This document shows, one piece after another, positions 1 through 10,417 of a stretch of DNA of 64,000 nt. A model generated the notes under the pieces. It was not told where the DNA came from. It was given only the letters and a program-made list of their open reading frames with translations, and searched no databases. Numbering within the stretch: position 1 is the stretch's first letter; each line of letters begins with the position of its first letter. Position numbers and translations under genes: made by a program. This stretch comes from Candidatus Acidiferrum sp. (GTDB lineage: Bacteria; Acidobacteriota; Terriglobia; Acidiferrales; UBA7541). The stretch is from NCBI GenBank assembly GCA_035262505.1, contig DATFSR010000017.1, forward strand, positions 46,175 through 110,174, written 5' to 3'.

Positions 1-834
1 CAATTTGTATTCGAGATATTTCTTTGTCGCATTGGCGTCATAGACCTCGGGGATGGTTTCTTGCAGAACCGCTGGCGTGACGGCCCTGATCTGCGCATTC
101 GCGCGGTCAACCGACCAGCCTGGTTTCAAACGCCCAATCGAAGCTAGCCACCATGCGTGACGAAGCGTGAGCCGGTTATTTCGCGGGCTCATGATCGGCT
201 CGATGCAAATGGGCGTGGCCACGTCAAAGGTGTCTCCCACGGAAATGCCGGTGAAGCCCGGAGGCGTCACGCCCACAATCTCAAAAGAATTCCCGTCCAA
301 ACTGAGACGCTTTCCCACGATGGCCGGATCACCCCCAAAGTTGCGCTGCCAGAAGGCATAGCTGATATCTGCTCCGCCGATGGCGCACCCCGGCTGGTCA
401 TCGGCAGGACCCAGCAGCCGGCCCAACAGCGGCTTCGTTCCGAGCACTTGAAAAAAGTCGCCGCCGACACGCAAGGTCTTGGCGTAGCGGATCTCGCCTC
501 CCGGCGCCAGATTGAATCGGTCGCTGCCCCAGACCGCAATCTGTGAAAAGCCCTGCTGACGGTCCCGAATCTGCTCCCACATCGGAAAAGTAAGTTGGGA
601 AAAGGGGCCGGAAAACTGGCCGGAGCCCCAATGGCGGTCGGCGATGCGCACGGTAGCCAGTTCTTCAGGATTTTTGACCGGAATCGAGCGTAGTCGGATG
701 GCGTCAATCAGTTGGAAAATGGCGGTGTTGGCCCCAATGCCCAAAGCGAGCGTCAGGATCGCAATGCTCGTAAAACCCGGACTTAGGCGAAGCTGCCGGA
801 ATCCGTACTGGAGATCCTTCCACCATGAAGACAT
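1..834 (-). CDS. ADOP-type ABC transporter permease (MacB/FtsX family), 5' part; runs off the window start
   Basis: Not in the ORF track. Manual translation from ATG 834 (SD GGGAGG upstream): MSSWWKDLQYGFRQLRLSPGFTSIAILTLALGIGANTAIFQLIDAIRLR, the typical ADOP N-terminus. Confidence 0.9.
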   Translation of the reverse strand, partial: MSSWWKDLQYGFRQLRLSPGFTSIAILTLALGIGANTAIFQLIDAIRLRSIPVKNPEELATVRIADRHWGSGQFSGPFSQLTFPMWEQIRDRQQGFSQIAVWGSDRFNLAPGGEIRYAKTLRVGGDFFQVLGTKPLLGRLLGPADDQPGCAIGGADISYAFWQRNFGGDPAIVGKRLSLDGNSFEIVGVTPPGFTGISVGDTFDVATPICIEPIMSPRNNRLTLRHAWWLASIGRLKPGWSVDRANAQIRAVTPAVLQETIPEVYDANATKKYLEYKL

Positions 835-945
835 AGCAACCTCCCGCCAATCCTTAGAGACGATGAAAGGAGCTAAAAGTCACGTGCACCCCCATCTTGG
901 GCTGGCTTACAGTTTTTTGGAATTGATGAATGCACCCTAGAGCGC

Positions 946-3054
946 TTATTTGCTGCCTTGGGAGGTGATTGCAAGAGGCCGCTCGGTCGGACGAGCGGGA
1001 GCGGCATCGCCTTTGACGTAATGGTTGTACCAGGCAAGGTAGCGTTCCAAACGGTCTTTGATGTGCGACGGCGTTTTGAATTCATGGTATTCGCCGGGGT
1101 AGACGACAAGTTCCGTGGTCCGGCCCAGCCGCTTGAGAGCTTGGTACATCTGCTCGCCGCCTAAGATCGGAACGTTCGAATCAATCTCCCCGCCCATGAA
1201 TAGCGTCGGCGTCGTGATGTGGTTCACTCGGTAGAAGGGAGAAACCTTCTCCCAAACGGCCTTGCTCTCCCAAGGCTCGCTGAGTTCGGCTCCATAATCG
1301 CGCTGGTATTGATCATGGCCATACATGCTGACAAAGAGGGCCGCTCCGGCCCCTGAGATCGCCGCCTTGAAGCGATTCGTCTGCGCAATGATGAAATCGG
1401 TCGAGATGCCTCCATAGGACCAGCCCCCGACGGCCAGCTTTGCCGGGTCCGCAATGCCTTGCTCGATGGCGTAATCCACCATGGCCATGTCGTCTTGAAA
1501 ATCCTTGTTACCCCAATCGGCCCAAATAGCTTGAGCGTACTTCTGCCCGTAGCCGGTCGAGCCGCGTGGATTGGGAAATAGAACAACATAGCCATTGGCC
1601 GCATAGAGCTGAGGCAAGTGGTTAAATTCGGCGTAATAGGCCCAGACGGGCCCGCCGTGAGGCCGAAGAATCGTCGGGTACTTTTTCACCGCAACGTAGT
1701 CGATCGGTTTGTACAGGTAACCGGAGACGGTCATACCGTCCTTGCTCTTGAAATGAACGTATTCTCCGTGCGAAAGCTTGAGCTGGGCCATCAAGGCGTC
1801 ATTCGTATGGGTGATTTGCGTTAGCTTGTCGTTCGAAACGGTGAAAAGCTCATCCGGACGGTCGATGGTGGCGACTTGCGCGACCACGTCACCTGCTTTT
1901 GCGAACGCATAGTCGTTCACCATGAGTCGGCCACCGACAGTGCGTATGATTTCTCCGCCCGCCGCCGGAATGCGGCATAGATTCTGCGTACCGTCGTCGT
2001 CCGCGATGAAGTAGATGAATTTGCCGTCGGGAGAAAAACGCGGAACCGAAGACATGCGGTCGAGCGCCAGCGTCAGGACTTTGGCAGCTCCGCCTGTGGC
2101 TGGCGAAACAGCGATGTGCCTCGTGGCGTAATCAAAAATGCGTGGCTCAAGCTGTGTTACGTACGTGATCCATTTCCCGTCGCGAGACCAGTTGGGTGTG
2201 GTGTCGGGTCCTGGGTTCGTCGTGATCTGCGCAAGGTGCGCGCCCTTGTCGGTATGGTCTGCTGCGACCACCCAAATGTTGATGTCATAGCTTGCGTCCG
2301 GATCAGGTTGCGAGCGATTGCTGCTGAACGCCAGGAGCTTGCCGTCGGGGGACCAAGCCGGCTCGGAATCGTCGAAGTCGCCCGAAGTGACTTGCGTCAG
2401 CGCTTTCGCCGCCAAGTCGAATACATAAAGGTGGGTGCGGCGGCGGTCGAGGTAGCCGAGTTCATCCATATTGAATTGCAAGCGGTCAATCACCCAGGGC
2501 TTCTGCGCCTTGGGCTTCTCGCGCCCCGCGGGCTTCTCTTTCTTTTCCTTGGCAGCCTCTATTTCCTCGGGTTTGGGATCACGCAAGACGAGGACGAGCC
2601 GTCGGCTGTCCGGGGACCAAACGAAGTCCTCCACGTCCTGCGGCATGTCGGTGAGTAGCTCGGCTTCGCCGCCGCCTCGCGGCAGCAACCAAACGAGCGT
2701 TTTGCCCCCGTCGCGAGCCGAAAGAAAAGCAATTGACTTTCCATCAGGGCTCCAGCGTGCATGGGAGGACGAGACGCCGGCAGCGGTAAGCGGGATGGCT
2801 TCGCCCCCCTTGGTGGGGACCACCCAAATGCGGTCTTCGTTTTTGTCCTCTTTTAACAACGCCGTCTCCACCGTGTAGACGGCAAACTGCCCGTCCGGAC
2901 TCAGCTGTGGGTCGCTGACTCGGCGGATCTGAAAATAATCGTCAATCGTGATGGGGCGAAGAGCTGCGGGGGATTGCTGCGCAAGTCCCAAGGAAGCAGG
3001 TAGTAGCACTGGAAGCAAGAAGACAACAAATGCAGCACGACCAGGCAGCCTCAT
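946..3054 (-). CDS. S9 family (acylaminoacyl/dipeptidyl) serine peptidase with beta-propeller, secreted
   Basis: PD40-like WSPDGK repeats, HGGP, NPRGSTGYG, nucleophile GWSYGG, GEIDSNV and YPGEYH. Signal peptide from MRLPGRAAF (ATG 3054; the ORF track starts at 3093). Confidence 0.92.
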   Translation of the reverse strand: MRLPGRAAFVVFLLPVLLPASLGLAQQSPAALRPITIDDYFQIRRVSDPQLSPDGQFAVYTVETALLKEDKNEDRIWVVPTKGGEAIPLTAAGVSSSHARWSPDGKSIAFLSARDGGKTLVWLLPRGGGEAELLTDMPQDVEDFVWSPDSRRLVLVLRDPKPEEIEAAKEKKEKPAGREKPKAQKPWVIDRLQFNMDELGYLDRRRTHLYVFDLAAKALTQVTSGDFDDSEPAWSPDGKLLAFSSNRSQPDPDASYDINIWVVAADHTDKGAHLAQITTNPGPDTTPNWSRDGKWITYVTQLEPRIFDYATRHIAVSPATGGAAKVLTLALDRMSSVPRFSPDGKFIYFIADDDGTQNLCRIPAAGGEIIRTVGGRLMVNDYAFAKAGDVVAQVATIDRPDELFTVSNDKLTQITHTNDALMAQLKLSHGEYVHFKSKDGMTVSGYLYKPIDYVAVKKYPTILRPHGGPVWAYYAEFNHLPQLYAANGYVVLFPNPRGSTGYGQKYAQAIWADWGNKDFQDDMAMVDYAIEQGIADPAKLAVGGWSYGGISTDFIIAQTNRFKAAISGAGAALFVSMYGHDQYQRDYGAELSEPWESKAVWEKVSPFYRVNHITTPTLFMGGEIDSNVPILGGEQMYQALKRLGRTTELVVYPGEYHEFKTPSHIKDRLERYLAWYNHYVKGDAAPARPTERPLAITSQGSK

Positions 3055-3245
3055 TCTGAACGCTCCTTGGAAACCCGAAAAGAGTAACGGCAAAAAAGTG
3101 AATCGAGAAGTCTAGCATGAGCTTTTCCTGGCGATACGGGCAGCGGGCCAATCCATGGCAGAAGTGGGAAAGGAGTGCGGCATCGCGCAGTAGGAAAGTC
3201 CGAATAGCAAATTGAAAAAACTTTTGCCTCACATGCATTTTTCTC

Positions 3246-3273
3246 TTGCATGCTAAGGCGGCTCTTGTATTCT
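3246..3273 (+). promoter_or_regulatory. Putative sigma70 promoter of the APC permease
   Basis: TTGCAT-16 nt-TATTCT. Confidence 0.4.
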
Positions 3274-3338
3274 GCAACTGCGAACCCGCTCCACCGCAGC
3301 GCGAGAGTGGGGATCGCTCAGGAGGACGAAAGTAAGAA

Positions 3339-4754
3339 TTGAGTTCGTTATCGCTTCCGGCACAATACCCTTCCCGTGTAGTCCCAACCACCAGAAAGAG
3401 AGTTGCGAAACTGACGCTCTGGCCTCTTGTTGCGGCCACTTTCTTTATGGTGTCGGGGGGCACTTATGGCACGGAAGAAATCATTCATGGAGCCGGCTAC
3501 GGCCGTGGAATCCTGCTCCTGCTCCTCTTGCCGGTTCTGTGGAGTCTGCCTACCGCGTTCATGATCGGAGAGCTTTCGAGCGCTTTGCCCGCGGAGGGCG
3601 GCTACTACGCCTGGGTGCGGCGTGGCATGGGGAAGTTCTGGGGATTCCAAGAGGCCTGGCTGTCGCTGGCCGCCAGCATTTTTGACATGGCGATTTACCC
3701 CACGCTCTTCGTGTTCTATCTGAGGCAGATGTCGCCGTGGTTTGGCTCTGGAAATCATGGAATCTATGCGGGCCTCTTTGTCGTGGTGGCTTGCGCCGCG
3801 CTGAATCTCGCGGGAATTCGTGTCGTGGGTATGACCTCCCTTTGGCTGTTTTTCCTCCTATCTGCGCCGTTCGCCCTCGTCGTCGTGCTGTCGGCGTTCA
3901 AGACCGGGGCGCTGGCCGAGCCACACGCTGCGCCGGCCGCAACTGAGCTGGGATTAATCGGCGGCGTGCTGGTGGCGATGTGGAATTACATGGGCTGGGA
4001 CAACGCATCGACGATCGCGCAGGAAGTGGAGCGGCCGCAGCGCACCTACCCGCGAGCAATGATTGCCGCAGTGATTCTGGTTGCGTTGAGCTATGTGCTG
4101 CCTTTTGCAGCGGTGTATCTGACCGGCGCCCCTTCATCCCTTTTTGGAGAGGATGGCTCCTGGGCAACCGTGGCAGGCGCAATCGGGGGAAGCATCGCCG
4201 GATTCCCATGGCTGCGATTCTTAATCGTGCTCGGCGGAATGATGAGCGCCTTCGGAATGTTCAACGCGCTGGTGATGAGTTACTCGCGCTTGCCGCTGGC
4301 GATGGCCCGGGATGGAATGCTTCCCAAGGTCTTTGGCAAAACGAGCAAGCGCGCGAATGTTCCGTGGCTCGCGATCATCGTTTGCGCGTCGTGCTGGGCG
4401 CTGTGTTTGGGTCTGGGCTTCCGGCGGCTCGTGACGCTGGACATCATGCTGTACGGCGCGAGCCTGATGTTGGAGTTCGTCACATTGGTTGTGCTGCGCA
4501 TCAAGGAGCCCAACCTGAAGCGCGGATTCCGGGTGCCGTGTGGTCTCGCGGGCGCAGTGTTGACCGGAGTCTTTCCCCTGTTGCTGCTGCTCCTTGCGGT
4601 GGTGGAGAGCAATCACGAAACCGTGCTGGGCATAAACGGATTGCTGTTCGGTATGCTCATCATCCTTGCTGGATTTGCAATTTACTTCGTTACCGGCCGC
4701 CACCGTCGAGTACCGGCGCAAACACCCGTTGTCGAGGCCGGCGAACCGGCATAA
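3339..4754 (+). CDS. APC family amino acid/polyamine permease
   Basis: About 12 TM segments; VSGGTYG, ELSSALPAEGGYY, WNYMGWD, SRLPLAMARDG motifs. Confidence 0.9.
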   Translation: MSSLSLPAQYPSRVVPTTRKRVAKLTLWPLVAATFFMVSGGTYGTEEIIHGAGYGRGILLLLLLPVLWSLPTAFMIGELSSALPAEGGYYAWVRRGMGKFWGFQEAWLSLAASIFDMAIYPTLFVFYLRQMSPWFGSGNHGIYAGLFVVVACAALNLAGIRVVGMTSLWLFFLLSAPFALVVVLSAFKTGALAEPHAAPAATELGLIGGVLVAMWNYMGWDNASTIAQEVERPQRTYPRAMIAAVILVALSYVLPFAAVYLTGAPSSLFGEDGSWATVAGAIGGSIAGFPWLRFLIVLGGMMSAFGMFNALVMSYSRLPLAMARDGMLPKVFGKTSKRANVPWLAIIVCASCWALCLGLGFRRLVTLDIMLYGASLMLEFVTLVVLRIKEPNLKRGFRVPCGLAGAVLTGVFPLLLLLLAVVESNHETVLGINGLLFGMLIILAGFAIYFVTGRHRRVPAQTPVVEAGEPA

Positions 4755-4794
4755 TCGACTGCCAATTCAGCCAAACTCCCCCACGCTTCGCGTT

Positions 4795-5253
4795 TTAGTT
4801 CGCTTTCACCGCCGCGGCGCGGAAGGATTGCAGTTCCGTGCGCGATGCAGAGTCGTTTCCAAATTGCAGATAGACCGCAGCTCCATCCTTCGCTTTTTCC
4901 GGGTCATACAGCGTAAAAACGAGAGCGTGGTCGCGGTCCTCGTACCGGTATTCGCGCAGAGGAACCTCACCGACCATGAGAACCGGGTCGAGGGCACGAA
5001 CCGGAATCGCTTGAGCAGACCTCACGCGAAACTCCAGAATCACGCTGACCTCGCGCTTAACGCCCTGTTCGATCACTTCCGCGGGCTTCTTCAAACGTAC
5101 GCGCTGCACTTCAAGCCGTGCTTCCTTCAGTGGCTGTCGCAGATAGACAGCTGGCGACTTTTCCTTGGGCGGTTGTTTCTCCTGCGCGAACGCTGAGGCG
5201 CCGAAACCCGTTCCGAATATCGCAAACGAAACCAAGAGCAAGTGCGAACGCAT
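4795..5253 (-). CDS. Hypothetical secreted protein
   Basis: Signal peptide ending AFA; SD GGAG; 17 nt downstream of the hydrolase gene on the same strand. Confidence 0.7.
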   Translation of the reverse strand: MRSHLLLVSFAIFGTGFGASAFAQEKQPPKEKSPAVYLRQPLKEARLEVQRVRLKKPAEVIEQGVKREVSVILEFRVRSAQAIPVRALDPVLMVGEVPLREYRYEDRDHALVFTLYDPEKAKDGAAVYLQFGNDSASRTELQSFRAAAVKAN

Positions 5254-5270
5254 GGAGCTCTCCTTTCTCC

Positions 5271-6989
5271 CTAGCGGCTGAACTGTACGTCGTCCAGGCC
5301 TACTAAGCCGGTAGGCTTGCGGTTAAACCGAAAATGAATCTTGGCGATGGCATGGATCTCCAGTCCTTGGTGCTCCATGCAAGAGAAGCAAGGCAGCCCG
5401 AGGCGTATGGTCTGCAGCATCGAAGCATTGCCTCCGGGCCGGTCGTAGGAAAACGGAATCACATCGAACTGACTTACCTTCACATACGTGCTGTAACCGT
5501 TCATGTCTTCGAGGCCCACATCGAAATCTTCTGTCTGGCCCATCGGGTTCAGGGCTCCGCCGTCAAAGACCTGCGTTACGCGGAACGCAACATAACGATA
5601 CGCGGCAATGTCTTTGTTAGCCGCAGGCACGTCGAGGATGTATTCCGTTCCCTGCGCGCTCCAGCCCCCGATCAGACCGTGCGTGTCCTGAAAAAACGTG
5701 TTGTTGAAGGCCCCACCGAACTCGCTGAAGGTGAACTCGCCAAAAGGTGAGAGGGAAGTGTTGGTGTTAGCGCCGCCGAGAGAATTCAACAGTGGGTTTG
5801 GCGGCGGGTCTTCAAAATCGTCCACCGTAAGGTGCTTCGGATCCTGGTACGAGCGATAGAACCGCGCGGGAGCCAGCGTCGGTATCGACGCATCGCCCGT
5901 GAAGATCGCACGCTCCGCGCCCATTCCCTGCAAATATTCACGGAAAAACGCGGTGCCCATGGCGCGTTCGACGGCGCGTTGTTGCACGTCTGTCAGGCGT
6001 CCGGGCCCGAACGAAGGCCAGCCTTCATCCTGAAACCACACCGTATTGAACCAGTTGTGGTTCGCGCCGTAGAGATAAGACTGCATCTTCGGCATTTTGT
6101 GCGCATTCGTGCGCGGAGCGGCCCGATCGTAAATCCGCGCCCCTTCCAAATCCCAAACGTCTCCGTCGGCCGCCCCCATAAGAACATAGTAAGGCACGTC
6201 CGCCAGGACAAACGCGTCGAAGTCCACAGGCGAAATCGAGTGCAGGGCCTTTATATGAAACCCGAGCCCCGACGATTGGTTTTCCAGATAGGCCGAGACG
6301 ATTCCCTCCCCGCCGCGTGAATGGCCGGCCAGGCCGATGCGATCCATGTCCACGTGATGGTGGAAACGGCCATGGAAAGTGGGGTCGGGCTTCGAGGGAT
6401 CGTTCCAGTCCTTCCAAAGGCCGAGGTGCTGGAGGATTAGCTTTCCGCGGGCAACAATGCGGCCGCCTTTGCAGTTTAAATCATTCGCGTTGATCGAGAC
6501 GGCAATGAAGCCGTTGCTCGCCAGCCGCTCCAGAATATAGTTGTAGCCTTCGTGATTCGGGACCGGGTTGCCTGTTGGCGGGCCGCACGTGTGATTCCCG
6601 CCCGAATCGATCCAAATGCCGTGGTTGCCGTGAAGATAGACGATTAACGGGTGCTTGCCGGGAGCCACGGGCTTGTTTGCCCCGGAGGAGGTGCCGGGAT
6701 AATAGACTACCGCCCACAGGTGCACGTTGGTGTCGGTCGTGGTCCAGCCGCCTTCCGTGGCCGTGACGGTGATCGTGTTCGGAAGGTTGTAAGAGGCCGT
6801 AGCCACCTTATGCACACCGGTCTGCGAAGGATCATCAACGTTTTCCGGCTTGTGGCGGCAAAAATGGCCCTCGTGCCGGTCATCGCTCGGGGGCAATGCA
6901 GAGATGGAAATAGCGCCGGCAAAAAGAGACAGGATCAGCGCCGCTGCATAGAGTAGGGGCCTGCGAAACACACCACGGGGGCGATTCAT
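5271..6989 (-). CDS. Secreted alpha/beta hydrolase with C-terminal beta-rich domain
   Basis: Signal peptide; YLHGNH, LASNGFIAVSI, nucleophile GHSRGG, DGDV, GANHNWFN. SD GGAGG before ATG 6989. Confidence 0.8.
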   Translation of the reverse strand: MNRPRGVFRRPLLYAAALILSLFAGAISISALPPSDDRHEGHFCRHKPENVDDPSQTGVHKVATASYNLPNTITVTATEGGWTTTDTNVHLWAVVYYPGTSSGANKPVAPGKHPLIVYLHGNHGIWIDSGGNHTCGPPTGNPVPNHEGYNYILERLASNGFIAVSINANDLNCKGGRIVARGKLILQHLGLWKDWNDPSKPDPTFHGRFHHHVDMDRIGLAGHSRGGEGIVSAYLENQSSGLGFHIKALHSISPVDFDAFVLADVPYYVLMGAADGDVWDLEGARIYDRAAPRTNAHKMPKMQSYLYGANHNWFNTVWFQDEGWPSFGPGRLTDVQQRAVERAMGTAFFREYLQGMGAERAIFTGDASIPTLAPARFYRSYQDPKHLTVDDFEDPPPNPLLNSLGGANTNTSLSPFGEFTFSEFGGAFNNTFFQDTHGLIGGWSAQGTEYILDVPAANKDIAAYRYVAFRVTQVFDGGALNPMGQTEDFDVGLEDMNGYSTYVKVSQFDVIPFSYDRPGGNASMLQTIRLGLPCFSCMEHQGLEIHAIAKIHFRFNRKPTGLVGLDDVQFSR

Positions 6990-7205
6990 CAACAACCTCC
7001 TTGCAAGCAGAAGCGTGGACGACCTGGCTTGCTAGAGTGAGTCCTTAACGAGATGGTGACGGGCAAGCGGGAATCGTTTCAGGATGTCCTGAAAAAAGGA
7101 AAAGCCAGCTTGGCGTTCTTTGCCGAACCGCTTTGGCGGTTCGCCAGGCTCGGCGGTGGGGTATACTCGCGCTCTTCGAATTGTTTTTTGAGGGAGAGTG
7201 AAGAC

Positions 7206-10200
7206 GTGTCTTATTCTCGCGTCGTTTCCGCACTTGCATTCTTATTCGCTCTGCTTTGCGCCGGATCACGGCTCATCGCCAAGCCGGACGGGCCAAAACA
7301 AATCGACCCGAAACTTTTTCAGGAGTTGCACTGGCGGTCGATTGGACCTTTCCGCGGCGGCCGCGTGCTGGCCGTGACCGGCGTGCGCGGTCAGCCGGAC
7401 ACCTATTATTTCGGAAGCGTGGGCGGAGGAGTCTGGAAGACAGACGACGCAGGCCGGACGTGGAAGCCGATTTTTGATTCGCAACCGGTTGCGTCGATTG
7501 GAGCGATTGCCGTAGCGCCTTCCGACGCGAACATCATTTACATCGGCTCGGGCGAAGCGGACATGCGGTCGTCCATTTCCGTCGGAAATGGGATGTACAG
7601 ATCCACCGACGCGGGAAAAACGTGGAAGCAGATTGGACTGAGCGATTCGCGACAAATCGCAAGGATTCTTGTCGATCCGCGCGATGCGAATCGCGTTTTT
7701 GTTGCGGCGCTTGGTCACGCATATGGACCGAACCAAGAGCGCGGCGTCTTTCGTTCGAAAGACGGGGGAGCCCACTGGCAAAAAGTGCTGTTTCATGACG
7801 AAAACACCGGCGCGATTGACTTGGCGTTCGAGCCAGGAAATCCCAAAACGATTTTCGCCGCGCTGTGGCAAACGCGGCGGCCACCGTGGAGCATTTATCC
7901 GCCGTCGAATGGCCCGGGCAGCGGGCTTTACCGTTCGAACGACGGCGGCGACCATTGGCAGGCCGTCAAGGACGGATTGCCGACGGAAGGTCTCGGACGA
8001 ATGGGAATCGCGTATGCTCCCAGTAATGCGAAACGGATTTATCTGGTTGTGGACGCCAAGGACGGCGGGCTATACCGTTCCGATGACGGCGGACAGAACT
8101 GGCAGCAGGTTTCCAAGGACCACCGGATTTGGGGCCGGGGCTGGTACTTCAACGAAGTCACCGTGGACCCGAAGAACCCGGACATCGTCTACGTGCCCAA
8201 CACCTCCATCTATCGGTCGGTGGATGGAGGAAAAAGTTTCACTGTGTTCAAAGGCGATCCTACAGGCCCAGACTACCACGCGCTGTGGGTCGACCCGGAC
8301 GATTCGAGGCGAATGGTTCTGAGCTGTGACCAAGGGGCGGTCATCACGCACAACGGCGGCGAGTCGTGGAGTTCGTGGCTCAATCAGGCGACCGGACAGT
8401 TTTATCATGTAGCGACCGACAATCAGTTTCCGTATTGGGTGTACGGCGCGCAGCAGGATAGCGGAGCCGCCGCCACGGCGAGCGGCAGCAAGTATCGCTT
8501 CCTGAATTTTCATGACTGGCGGCCGCTCGAGGCCGGCGGCGAAAACGGATATATCGCGCCGGACCCCTTGAATCCCGGGGTGCTCTTCGGCGGATTTGTC
8601 GACCGGCAAGATTTGAGCAACGAGCAAATCCAGGCGATGCCACCAACGATTGCGCAAGATGGGTCGTTCCGGCGCACGTGGACGTTGCCGCTGGTGTTTT
8701 CTCCACTCGATGGGCATGTTCTCTACTTCGGTTCGCAAATTCTGTTTCGAACCGAGGACGGCGGAAATTCATGGCAGGCGATTAGCCCTGATTTGACGCG
8801 CGAAGATCCAGGCGTGCCCACAAATCTGGACCAAGCCACAGCTGGGGACGCCCCTAAAGAGAAACGGCGCGGGGTGATTTACACCATTGGCCCATCCTAC
8901 GTGAAGGCGGGAGAGATTTGGGCGGGAACCGACGACGGCCAGATTCAATTGACACCGGACGAAGGAAAGAACTGGGAAAACGTAACGCCAAAGGAATTGA
9001 CCCCGTGGAGCAAAGTGACACACATCGAAGCCTCGCACTCCGACGCTGGAACTGCGTATGCCGCGGTGGATCGCCACCGGCTGGAGGATTATCAGCCCTA
9101 TCTTTACCGCACGCGCGATTTTGGAAAGAGTTGGCAGCGCGTTTCCAACGGAATTCCCGACGGAAGTTTTTTGAATTGCGTGCGAGAAGATCCTTTTCGC
9201 AAAGGATTGCTGTATGCGTGCAGCGAAAAAGGCGTGTACGTTTCATTCGATGATGGAGACGACTGGCAATCGCTGCAGCTGAATCTACCTACCACATCGG
9301 TGCGCGATCTGGTGGTGCATGAAGACGATTTGGTGATTGCAACGTTTGGCCGCTCGTTCTGGGTGCTCGACGATGTGACGCCGCTGCGGCAAATCGATCC
9401 GCGATTGGCGGCGGCTGATGTATGGCTTTACCGCCCGGAAACAGCGTATCGCGTGCGGCAGGGAAACGACGAAAGCACTCCCGTGCCGGACGATGAAGCG
9501 CTGGCGGCCAACTCACCCAATGGCGCGGTGCTGGATTATTACCTGAAGGAAAAATCCACCGGTCCCATTCAACTGGAGATTTTTAATAGCGAAGGCAGGT
9601 TGGTGCGGCGGTTTGCGAGCGACGACCAGCCGCCAAAGGTGAACCCAAACGATTTGTCTTTTCCTGCTTCCTGGGTTCCCCAGCCGCAAGCGCTCTCAAC
9701 CGAAGCGGGCATGCACCGGTTCGTGTGGGATTTCAGATATTCCTCGCCTAGAGGAGCCCGCGCGTCTTTCCGGAGGCCGTCAGGACCGTTGGCATTGCCC
9801 GGAAACTACACCATTAGACTCACCGCTCACGGAAAAAGCAACTCGCAACCGTTGATCATCAAATTGGATCCGCGGGTGAGGACGCCTCAAGACGCGTTGG
9901 TGCGCCAGTTTGAACTGGCGACGAAGATTTCCGAGCGGGAAGGCGAGGTGTCGGCCGCGCTGCGACAGATCGCCGAGTTGCAAAGGCAACTTGGCGTGCG
10001 CAAAAAGGAAGCGAGCGAGAAATCGGACGTGGCAAAAACGCTCGACGAGCTGAATCAAAAGCTCGAGGCCATGGTTGCGTCGGATGGCGACGGTGGGTTT
10101 GGACTGTATGGTTTGGCATTTCCCAGGAAAGAGCCAGAGTCGTTATCAAAAGTAGCTTCCTCTTTGAACGGCTTGCTGAACATCGTGGAGAGCGCGGATG

Positions 10201-10373
10201 TGGCTCCCTCCGCTGATGCCGTCACGGCGCACGAAAAGTGGGACAAGGCCGCGGAAAAAGCGCTGGCGCGCTGGGCCGACTTTCAGAACAAGGATCTCGC
10301 CAACGCCAACGCCGTGCTGCAAAAGGCGAACCTAAAGCCTGTGGCGACCACAGAAACGTCTGCGGGTCGTTAG
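7206..10373 (+). CDS. VPS10/BNR-repeat (sortilin-like) glycosyl hydrolase-type protein
   Basis: WRSIGPFRGGR N-terminus and many Asp-box repeats (SxDGGxxW). Likely GTG start at 7206 after a purine-rich SD. Confidence 0.88.
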   Translation: MSYSRVVSALAFLFALLCAGSRLIAKPDGPKQIDPKLFQELHWRSIGPFRGGRVLAVTGVRGQPDTYYFGSVGGGVWKTDDAGRTWKPIFDSQPVASIGAIAVAPSDANIIYIGSGEADMRSSISVGNGMYRSTDAGKTWKQIGLSDSRQIARILVDPRDANRVFVAALGHAYGPNQERGVFRSKDGGAHWQKVLFHDENTGAIDLAFEPGNPKTIFAALWQTRRPPWSIYPPSNGPGSGLYRSNDGGDHWQAVKDGLPTEGLGRMGIAYAPSNAKRIYLVVDAKDGGLYRSDDGGQNWQQVSKDHRIWGRGWYFNEVTVDPKNPDIVYVPNTSIYRSVDGGKSFTVFKGDPTGPDYHALWVDPDDSRRMVLSCDQGAVITHNGGESWSSWLNQATGQFYHVATDNQFPYWVYGAQQDSGAAATASGSKYRFLNFHDWRPLEAGGENGYIAPDPLNPGVLFGGFVDRQDLSNEQIQAMPPTIAQDGSFRRTWTLPLVFSPLDGHVLYFGSQILFRTEDGGNSWQAISPDLTREDPGVPTNLDQATAGDAPKEKRRGVIYTIGPSYVKAGEIWAGTDDGQIQLTPDEGKNWENVTPKELTPWSKVTHIEASHSDAGTAYAAVDRHRLEDYQPYLYRTRDFGKSWQRVSNGIPDGSFLNCVREDPFRKGLLYACSEKGVYVSFDDGDDWQSLQLNLPTTSVRDLVVHEDDLVIATFGRSFWVLDDVTPLRQIDPRLAAADVWLYRPETAYRVRQGNDESTPVPDDEALAANSPNGAVLDYYLKEKSTGPIQLEIFNSEGRLVRRFASDDQPPKVNPNDLSFPASWVPQPQALSTEAGMHRFVWDFRYSSPRGARASFRRPSGPLALPGNYTIRLTAHGKSNSQPLIIKLDPRVRTPQDALVRQFELATKISEREGEVSAALRQIAELQRQLGVRKKEASEKSDVAKTLDELNQKLEAMVASDGDGGFGLYGLAFPRKEPESLSKVASSLNGLLNIVESADVAPSADAVTAHEKWDKAAEKALARWADFQNKDLANANAVLQKANLKPVATTETSAGR

Positions 10374-10417
10374 ACTCACGCAGCGAATCCGAGGGCGAAT
10401 TTGATATGCTGGTCGGC

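Noticed and set aside
3291-3330. Glycine-riboswitch-like words (CACCGCAG…CTCAGG…GGACG) upstream of the APC permease
   Set aside because: The GGAGA and CCGAAG core and the aptamer stems are missing, so it is not called.
5370-5395. CFSCMEH as a c-type heme site
   Set aside because: It is not CxxCH; the His is displaced by two residues.
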